From an uncultured Pseudomonadota bacterium (GTDB taxonomy: Bacteria; Pseudomonadota; Gammaproteobacteria; Burkholderiales; Burkholderiaceae_C), in assembly GCA_945952465.1 (NCBI GenBank), contig CAMFIB010000005.1, positions 20,820-84,819 of the forward strand: a DNA stretch of 64,000 nucleotides, written 5' to 3'. Below are positions 57,649 to 64,000 of this stretch, in pieces. The notes under the pieces were generated by a model. It was not told where the DNA came from. It did no database searches and was given only the letters and a program-made list of their open reading frames with translations. A program made the translations under genes and the position numbers. The stretch's first letter is position 1. The number at the start of each line of letters is the position of its first letter.

Positions 57649-58401
57649 ATGCCGCGTTTGTTCGTCGATCATCCCCTGTCTGCCGCCACCGGCCTCGAGC
57701 TGCCGCCGGCGGCGGCCCGCCATGTGCAGGTGCTGCGGCTGCAGCCCGGCCGCGAGCTGACGCTGTTCGACGGCCGGGGCGGGGAATGGTCGGCCCGGGT
57801 GGCGCGCATGGGCCGCAGCGACGTGGCGGTCGATGTGCTGGCGCACGACCCGGTGGAGCGCGAGGTGGGCTGCCACGTCACGCTGGCGCTGGGCATGCCG
57901 GCCAATGAGCGCATGGACTGGCTGGTGGAAAAGGCCACCGAGCTGGGCGTGTCGGCCATTCAGCCGCTGCTGAGCGAGCGCGCCGTGCTGCGGCTCGACG
58001 GCGAACGGGCCGAGAAGAAGCGGGCGCACTGGCGCGCCATCGTGGTGGCGGCCAGCGAGCAGTGCGGCCGCAACACGCTGGCCGAGGTGTACCCCGTTCA
58101 GCCGCTGGCCGCGTGGCTGCGCGAGCCGCCGCTGCCGGCCGGCGCCGCGCGGCTCATGCTGTCCTTGCGCGCCGCGTCCGGGGCCGGCGGGCTGTTGCCG
58201 GCCACCGCCGGCGGCTCACCGGCGGTGTTTCTTTCAGGCCCCGAAGGCGGCCTGTCGGACGCCGAGGAAGACGCCGCCATCGCCCAGGGTTTTGCGCCGG
58301 TTTCGCTGGGCAACCGCACGCTGCGTGCGGAGACCGCGCCGCTGGCCGCATTCGTCACATGGCTGGCGCACAATGGCCGCTCACACTCTGACGGAGGTTG
58401 A
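57649..58401 (+). CDS. rsmE: 16S rRNA (uracil1498-N3)-methyltransferase
   Basis: 250 aa: MPRLFVD..., HV.VLRL, and the C-terminal SPOUT knot region LSGPEGGLSDAE...VSLGNRTLRAETA. Confidence 0.9.
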   Translation: MPRLFVDHPLSAATGLELPPAAARHVQVLRLQPGRELTLFDGRGGEWSARVARMGRSDVAVDVLAHDPVEREVGCHVTLALGMPANERMDWLVEKATELGVSAIQPLLSERAVLRLDGERAEKKRAHWRAIVVAASEQCGRNTLAEVYPVQPLAAWLREPPLPAGAARLMLSLRAASGAGGLLPATAGGSPAVFLSGPEGGLSDAEEDAAIAQGFAPVSLGNRTLRAETAPLAAFVTWLAHNGRSHSDGG

Positions 58402-58405
58402 CGAC

Positions 58406-58813
58406 ATGGGCTTGTTCGATTCAATGGTGGGCGCGGCGATGGGCCAACTGCAGCAAGGCGGCCTCGGCCAGGCGCTGGGCGGGCTGCTGTCCAACGACGG
58501 CCCGGTGGGCGGCCTCGACGGCCTGCAGGCGCGTTTCCACGAAGCCGGCCTGGGCGGCGTGATCCAGTCGTGGATTGGCAGCGGCCAGAACCTGCCGATC
58601 TCGGCCGAGCAGCTGCAGAGCGTGCTGGGCAGCGACACGGTGAAGCAGATCGCCGGCCAGCTCGGGCTGGACCCCGAGCACCTGACGGGCCAGCTCGCCT
58701 CGCTGCTGCCGGGCGTGGTGGACGGCCTCACGCCCAACGGCCAGGTGCCCGACGGCGGCGTGGGCGGCCACACCGACCTGCTCGGCATGCTGGGCGGTTT
58801 GCTCCGAAAATAA
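58406..58813 (+). CDS. YidB-family (DUF937) protein
   Basis: MGLFDSMVGAAMGQL...LQARFHEAGLGGVIQSWIGSGQNLPISAEQLQSVLGSD..IAGQLGL, 135 aa. Confidence 0.75.
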   Translation: MGLFDSMVGAAMGQLQQGGLGQALGGLLSNDGPVGGLDGLQARFHEAGLGGVIQSWIGSGQNLPISAEQLQSVLGSDTVKQIAGQLGLDPEHLTGQLASLLPGVVDGLTPNGQVPDGGVGGHTDLLGMLGGLLRK

Positions 58814-58870
58814 GAGCAAACAAGTCAGCATTGGTGCTGACTTTCGGCCAATTTCGTTCTGAAAACGGCC
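58814..58870 (-). repeat. Copy F of the dispersed repeat family (its hairpin may also act as the terminator after the yidB-like gene)
   Basis: Its reverse complement ggccgttttcagaacgaaattggccgaaagtcagcaccaatgctgacttgtttgctc is ~70% identical to copy C over 53 nt. It contains the perfect hairpin agtcagca-ttgg-tgctgact. Confidence 0.6.
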
Positions 58871-58871
58871 G

Positions 58872-59735
58872 CTACGGCGGTGGAAACCGCGGTTCCAGCC
58901 AGCGGCGCAGCTCCTCGAGCACGGCCTCGCGGTCGCGTTCACGCTCGTTGAAGATCTCGTGGAAGAGCTTCTCGAAGCAGCGCGCCTGCACCACCTCGCG
59001 CGGCGCGGCGGCCAGGAAGGCGCGGCTGCCGGCGGGGCTGACCAGCCTGTCGGCGCCGGCGTAGAGCAGCAGCGTGGGCGTCTGCCAGCGCGGCGCGGCG
59101 CTCACCACCGCCGGTCCGGCGTCGGCGATGTACCTGGCCAGCCGCGCGCTGATGCGGTCGTGTACCCGGGCGTCGGCCTTGTAGGCGGCCACCACATGCG
59201 CGTCGTGCGAGAGGTAGACCGGCTTCAGCCCGTTGCCCACCCGCAGGTTGGGCGCGGCGCGCGGCAGCCAGCCCAGCAGCCAGCGCTGGAAGGGGCTCAG
59301 CCCGGCGTCGAACGCGGGTGAGGAAAGCACCAGCGCGTCCACCTCGCGCGGGCGCTGCCGCAGCAGGTCTGCCGCCACCAGCCCGCCCATCGAATGGCCG
59401 AGCAGGATGAGCGGCAGCGGCGTGTCGTGCAGGCGGTAGCGGCGGCGGGTGTCGTCCACCACGTCGCCCAGGTCCACCGTCAGGCGGTCTGCACCCGGCA
59501 GCCCGCCGCGCGGGCCATGCGACTCGCCGTGGCCGAACTGGTCGTACCCGCGCACCACGAAGCCCCAGGCGTTCAGCCGCTCGGCCAGCGCCGCGTAGCG
59601 GCCCATGTGTTCTCCCAGGCCATGCACCAGCAGCACCACGCCGCGCGGCCGCCCGGGGCCGGCGGGCCGCCAGTCGTAGACCGCGAGGTTGGCGCCGTCA
59701 ACGGCGATCAGCGGGGTGAGGGTGGCGGTGTGCAC
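58872..59735 (-). CDS. Alpha/beta hydrolase (lysophospholipase / monoacylglycerol-lipase-like)
   Basis: 287 aa with HGLGEH and the nucleophile elbow LLGHSMGG. Confidence 0.8.
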   Translation of the reverse strand: MHTATLTPLIAVDGANLAVYDWRPAGPGRPRGVVLLVHGLGEHMGRYAALAERLNAWGFVVRGYDQFGHGESHGPRGGLPGADRLTVDLGDVVDDTRRRYRLHDTPLPLILLGHSMGGLVAADLLRQRPREVDALVLSSPAFDAGLSPFQRWLLGWLPRAAPNLRVGNGLKPVYLSHDAHVVAAYKADARVHDRISARLARYIADAGPAVVSAAPRWQTPTLLLYAGADRLVSPAGSRAFLAAAPREVVQARCFEKLFHEIFNERERDREAVLEELRRWLEPRFPPP

Positions 59736-59745
59736 GGCGGGCGCT

Positions 59746-61227
59746 TCAGGGCATGCGCGCGATCACGCCGGCCACTGCGGCGGTGAGCTTCTTCGCGTAG
59801 CCGAGGTGCAGGAATTCGTTGGGGCCGTGGGCGTTGCTCTTGGGGCCGAGCACGCCGCAGACCATCATCTGCGAGGTGGGAAAGCCCTTGCTCAGCAGGT
59901 TCATCAGCGGAATGGTGCCGCCCTGGCCGATGTGGCCGCAGCGCGCGCCGAAATGCGCGGTGGACGCGTCGTCCAGCGCCTGCGCGAACCACGGGGCCAC
60001 GGCCGGCGCATTCCAGCCGGTGGCGCCGCCTTCGCCCTCGAAGGTCACGCGGGCCTGGTAGGGCGCGTTGTCTTCCAGCAGCGCCTTCAGTTTGGCCACC
60101 GCCGGCGCAGCCTCCACCAGCGGCGGCAGCCGCAGCGACAGCTTGAACGCGGTGTAGGGCCGCAGCACGTTGCCGGCGTCTTTCAGTGCCGGAAAACCGT
60201 CGGCGCCGGTGACGCTGAGCGTGGGCCGCCAGGTGCGGTTGAGCAGCGCCTGTACCGGGTCGTCGGTCATCGGCAGCGCAAAGGCGCTGGAGCCGCCGCA
60301 GTCGTGGTGCGCCCACGGGAAACGCTTGTACAGCTCGTCGCCGAGGATGGCGGCGGTGGCGTGCGCCTGCGCCAGCCGCTCCGCCGGCACCTCACAATGG
60401 AAGCTCGCGGGCAGCAGGCGGCCGGTGGCGCTGTCTTCCAGCCGGTCGAGCACCTGCCGCATGATGCGGAAGCTCGACGGCACCACGCCCGACGCGTCGC
60501 CCGAATGCACGCCTTCGGTGAGAATTTCCACCTTCAGCACGCCGCTGGCCATGCCGCGCAGCGAGGTGGTGAGCCAGAGCTGGTCGTAGTTGCCGGCGCC
60601 GGAGTCGAGGCACACCACCAGGCCCACGTCGCCCAGCCGTGGCCGCAGCGCGTCGACATACGGCAGCAGGTCGTAGGAGCCGCTTTCCTCGCAGGTCTCG
60701 ATCAGGCCGACGATGCGCGGGTGCGGCGTGTTCTGCGCCTTGAGCGCCTGAACGGCGGCGATGCTGGCGTAGACCGCGTAGCCGTCGTCGGCGCTGCCAC
60801 GGCCGTAGAGCTTGCCGTCTTCGATCTTCGGCGTCCACGGCCCGAGGTCGCTGCGCCAGCCGGTGAATTCGGGTTGCTTGTCGAGGTGGCCGTACATCAG
60901 CACCGTTTGGCCGGTGTGACCGGCGGCCGCGCGGGTGGCCGCCACCTCGAAAAACAGCACCGGCGTGCGGCCTTCCAGCCGCACGATCTCCAGCGTGAGG
61001 CCGGGCACATTCTGCGCGGTGATCCAGTCGGCCGCATCGCGCACCACGGTGTCGATGTAGCCGTGCGCGGCCCAGTCGGTGTCGAAGCCGGGCGACTTGG
61101 CGGGCACGGTCACGTAGTGGGTGAGCTGGCGCACGATGTCGTCGTCCCACTGGCGCGTCACGTCGTCCAGCAGGCGGGCGGAATCCAGTGTGGCGGCGGG
61201 CATTTCTCGGTGCAGCGGGGCGTTCAT
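59746..61227 (-). CDS. M20-family metallopeptidase / dipeptidase
   Basis: An internal ATG at 61227 gives MNAPLHRE... YGHLDKQP, GRGSADDGY and ETCEESGS are the metal-ligand motifs. Confidence 0.82.
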   Translation of the reverse strand: MNAPLHREMPAATLDSARLLDDVTRQWDDDIVRQLTHYVTVPAKSPGFDTDWAAHGYIDTVVRDAADWITAQNVPGLTLEIVRLEGRTPVLFFEVAATRAAAGHTGQTVLMYGHLDKQPEFTGWRSDLGPWTPKIEDGKLYGRGSADDGYAVYASIAAVQALKAQNTPHPRIVGLIETCEESGSYDLLPYVDALRPRLGDVGLVVCLDSGAGNYDQLWLTTSLRGMASGVLKVEILTEGVHSGDASGVVPSSFRIMRQVLDRLEDSATGRLLPASFHCEVPAERLAQAHATAAILGDELYKRFPWAHHDCGGSSAFALPMTDDPVQALLNRTWRPTLSVTGADGFPALKDAGNVLRPYTAFKLSLRLPPLVEAAPAVAKLKALLEDNAPYQARVTFEGEGGATGWNAPAVAPWFAQALDDASTAHFGARCGHIGQGGTIPLMNLLSKGFPTSQMMVCGVLGPKSNAHGPNEFLHLGYAKKLTAAVAGVIARMP

Positions 61228-61336
61228 GGGTGGCGGGTTCTCCAGGTGCCGGCGCGGGCGGGCGCAGCGGCCACTGTATCGGCTGCCGGGCGGGCCGCGC
61301 AACCGGGGCGCGTCCCGCAGGCGAAATGCCCAGCGG

Positions 61337-63412
61337 CTACTGGGCGGCGGCGGGCGCTTCGGGGGCCGGCGCCTGCTGCGATCGGGGCGGCGTGGGGTGC
61401 AGGTTCTGCCGCAGGAATTCGAATTTCTCGCCGTAGGTTTCCAGCACGTTGTCGAGGCTGCCGAAACCGTGGCCCTCGCCGTATTTGGCCAGCCAGCGCG
61501 GCTCCTGCTTGTTGGCGCGCAGGGCCGCGCGCATCAGGTCCATCTGCTCGATCGGCGTGCGGCCGTCGTCCACGCCGCCGTACAGCATGACCTGGCCCTT
61601 GATGCGGGCGGCCTGCCGCGCCGGCGAGGCGGCGGCCAGCGCCTCGGCGTCGCGCGCCGGGTCACCCACCATCTCGATCCAGTATTGCCGGGCCTCGTCG
61701 TCGCGCGAGATGTCGCTCCAGCCGGAGCTGATCTGCGTCGGCAGGTCCGTCACCGGCATGCCGGCGATGGCGCAGCGGTATTTGTCGGGCGTCTTCACCA
61801 GGCCCATCAGCGCCGCGTAGCCGCCGTAGCTGGCGCCCGAGAGGCAGACCCGCGCGGGGTCGGTGATGCCCTGGGCCACCGCCCAGTCGACCGCGTCTTC
61901 CAGGTCTTCCTGCATGCGCTTGCCCCACTCGCCGCGCGACGACTGGTAGAGCTTGCGGCCCAGCCCGGTGGTGCCGCGGAAGTTGGGCATCAGCACCGCG
62001 TAGCCCTGCGCGGCCAGCATCTGCGCCTCCTGGAAGGACGAGCTGTGGAACGCCCAGCGGGCCGGGTGCGCCCAGGGGCCGCCGTGGATCAGCACCACGG
62101 TGGGCAGCGGCTCGCCGGCCTTGCGCCGCTGCGGCAGGATGTGGAAGGCGGGCACGCCCAGGCCGTCGCGGGTGGTGTAGGTGAACGGGGTCATCGCCGC
62201 GAGCTGGCCGTTGTCGAGCCACGGCATGGCGACGAACAGCGGCTCCATCTGGCCGGTGCTTTCGTTCAGCAGGTGCCAGCGGGGCGAGCGCTGGTCGGCG
62301 TAGGACGCGACCAGCGTCACCGGCGCGTCGGCGGCGCGCTGGAACATGGGGGTGAAGCCGGGCAGCGCGCCGTCGAGCAGCTTCTGCAGCCGGGCGTGGC
62401 GCTCGTCGAGCCAGATCGTTTGCGGCCGCCCGCCGCCGTCCACGCGCAGCCCCACGATTTCTTCCTGCCTCGGGTCGTAGACGAGGTCGCCCATGTATTC
62501 GCCCTCGGCGTCGGCGCCGAGGTCGACCGTGGGGTGCTCGGCCAGCAGCGCCTGCCGCTCGCGCGTGGCGGGGTCGTAGCGGTAGATGGCCATGGTGTCG
62601 CGGCCGGCGTTGCTGGCCACCAGCAGGTGCCGGCCGTCGGACTCGACGTGCAGCGGCACCATCATGTCGCCGCTCACCGAGTTGGCGCGCCACAGCTCGG
62701 TCCAGGGGCTGGTGGGCGTGGCGCGCCACCAGGTGATGGTTTCGGTGCTTTTCTCCACGCTGGACTGCGCCACGCGCGGCACGCCGTTGCGGTCGAGCAG
62801 CCAGGAGGTGGTGCGCGGCGGGCGCTCGCGCGTGAGCAGCTTGCGGTCGCCGTTGTCGATGTTGAAGCGGTACAGGTCCACGCTCTCGCGGTCGCGGTCG
62901 TTCATGGCCACCACCAGCTCCGCGCCCTCGCGCACCTGCGGCCCGGCCGGCGCGGCCGACACGTAGCGCTTGTAGCCGGCCAGCGCCTGGTCCTGGAAGG
63001 TGGGCACCAGCCGCCGCTGCACGGTGCCGTCGCGCGAGACCATGAACAGGCCGCCGGTGTTCCAGCGCCAGGTCATGGCCACGTCGTGGCGCGCCTTGGC
63101 GAACACCAGCCGGTCGTTGCCGACCCACGCGGGCGAGCTGACGTCGGCGGCCGGAATGTTGATGCGGTTCACGACCTTGCGCGCCTGCAGGTCGAAGATC
63201 ACGAGGTGCGTGCGCGCCTCCACCGGCACCAGCACGGCCACATACTGGCCGTTGGGCGAGAGCACCGCGTCGCGGAAATCGGGCGTGCGCAGCATGGTCT
63301 TCAGGCTCAGCGGCTGAGCCTGGGCCCACGCCGCCAGGGCCAGCAGGCCCAGCGCCGCCACCCACGCGCGGAGACCGCCGCGCCGTGCCGTCTTCATCGG
63401 TGTTCTTTCCAT
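61337..63412 (-). CDS. S9-family serine peptidase (prolyl oligopeptidase / dipeptidyl-peptidase-like) with signal peptide
   Basis: 691 aa: an N-terminal signal (LGLLALAAWAQA), a beta-propeller region and the catalytic GASYGGYAA. The start could instead be the ATG at 63397. Confidence 0.85.
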   Translation of the reverse strand: MERTPMKTARRGGLRAWVAALGLLALAAWAQAQPLSLKTMLRTPDFRDAVLSPNGQYVAVLVPVEARTHLVIFDLQARKVVNRINIPAADVSSPAWVGNDRLVFAKARHDVAMTWRWNTGGLFMVSRDGTVQRRLVPTFQDQALAGYKRYVSAAPAGPQVREGAELVVAMNDRDRESVDLYRFNIDNGDRKLLTRERPPRTTSWLLDRNGVPRVAQSSVEKSTETITWWRATPTSPWTELWRANSVSGDMMVPLHVESDGRHLLVASNAGRDTMAIYRYDPATRERQALLAEHPTVDLGADAEGEYMGDLVYDPRQEEIVGLRVDGGGRPQTIWLDERHARLQKLLDGALPGFTPMFQRAADAPVTLVASYADQRSPRWHLLNESTGQMEPLFVAMPWLDNGQLAAMTPFTYTTRDGLGVPAFHILPQRRKAGEPLPTVVLIHGGPWAHPARWAFHSSSFQEAQMLAAQGYAVLMPNFRGTTGLGRKLYQSSRGEWGKRMQEDLEDAVDWAVAQGITDPARVCLSGASYGGYAALMGLVKTPDKYRCAIAGMPVTDLPTQISSGWSDISRDDEARQYWIEMVGDPARDAEALAAASPARQAARIKGQVMLYGGVDDGRTPIEQMDLMRAALRANKQEPRWLAKYGEGHGFGSLDNVLETYGEKFEFLRQNLHPTPPRSQQAPAPEAPAAAQ

Positions 63413-63449
63413 GCGCCAAGGGTAGCGCAGGCGGTGGCCGAACGGCCGG

Positions 63450-64000
63450 TCAACCCTGCGGAAGCACGGGCTGGGGCGTGGCGGGCGCGGGTGGCGCGGG
63501 TTCGCTCCAGGCGCCGTCGTTCAGCACGTCGGTGAGCGCGGCGATCAGGTCGGCCTGCGCCACCATGCCCTGGTAGACGCCGCGCGCGTCGGTGACGGGC
63601 AGGTGGCGGTGGCCGCTGCCGGCGAACAGCGCCACCAGGTCCAGCGCATGGGCGTCGGCATCGGCGCAGACCGGGTGGGCCTCCATCACCTGGCCCACCA
63701 CCTCGGGTTTCTCGCTCTGGCTGTGGCCTGTGACGCGCAGGCGCTCGCGCAGCCGGTCCATCAGGCCTTCGTGCACGTCGAGCTGGGCCAGCCGCAGGAA
63801 GTCGGCCCGCGTGACGATGCCGATGACGCGGTCGAAGCGGTTCACCACCGCCAGCGCCTTGTGGCCGCCCGGCCGCATCAGCGCCCAGGCCTCGGTGAGC
63901 GGGGTGCCGAACTCCACCGTGGGCACGTCGGCGTGGGCCACCTGGCGCACGGTGCGCACGCCCAGCCGGCGCCGGTGCGCCTGCAGCTCGGCCTCGTGCA
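63450..64000 (-). CDS. CBS-domain protein, C-terminal part (reading frame stays open to the window end)
   Basis: Two CBS-like repeats are present (VMRPGGHKALAVVN..GIVTRADF and HRHLPVTDARGVYQGMVAQADLI). There is no stop upstream of the listed GTG, so the N-terminus is outside the window. Confidence 0.7.
   Translation of the reverse strand, partial: HEAELQAHRRRLGVRTVRQVAHADVPTVEFGTPLTEAWALMRPGGHKALAVVNRFDRVIGIVTRADFLRLAQLDVHEGLMDRLRERLRVTGHSQSEKPEVVGQVMEAHPVCADADAHALDLVALFAGSGHRHLPVTDARGVYQGMVAQADLIAALTDVLNDGAWSEPAPPAPATPQPVLPQG

Noticed and set aside
61121-63535. 804-aa plus-strand ORF
   Set aside because: It is antisense to the S9 peptidase and the end of the M20 peptidase.

Overview
High-GC (~68-70%) betaproteobacterial chromosome segment, Burkholderiales/Comamonadaceae-like by gene order and protein sequences (inference). 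It starts in the origin-proximal dnaA / rpmH-rnpA-yidD-yidC-mnmE neighbourhood. Most of the window is tightly packed housekeeping: kdsD-kdsC-lptC, recA-recX, tkt-gap, topoisomerase III, birA, pepP, tamA-tamB, maeB, lptD-surA-rsmA, rsmE and several peptidases. I found no rRNA, tRNA, CRISPR array, transposase or integrase by eye. The many long ORFs antisense to real genes are high-GC artefacts. Accessory or unusual content: (1) an MNIO (DUF692)-type RiPP operon of the bufferin/gig kind (DUF2282 precursor, DUF692, DUF2063), divergent from an ECF sigma and a 73-aa soluble zinc-finger anti-sigma (11.7-14.6 kb). (2) A five-gene minus-strand operon: SPFH-SHOCT, double zinc-ribbon/DUF4178, DUF350, a membrane-fused spermidine-synthase-like enzyme and a Tat-lipoprotein flavin amine oxidase (39.7-45.9 kb). 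I consider this the best candidate for an uncharacterised envelope/polyamine system. An unlinked AdoMet-decarboxylase-like gene sits at 29.0 kb. (3) A ~65-nt dispersed hairpin-containing repeat family with at least six copies, two of them in frame inside CDSs (mnmE and an SDR). (4) An ~0.8-kb AT-rich islet with a small membrane ORF next to a ParD-like/zeta-toxin module. (5) Topoisomerase III with a lysine/alanine-rich tail and SWIB domain, divergent from a SET-domain gene. (6) A secreted RNase/barstar pair followed by a start-less coding-like segment. (7) A rubrerythrin-rubredoxin-reductase cluster. All calls come from reading the translations and sequence only; no database search was run.
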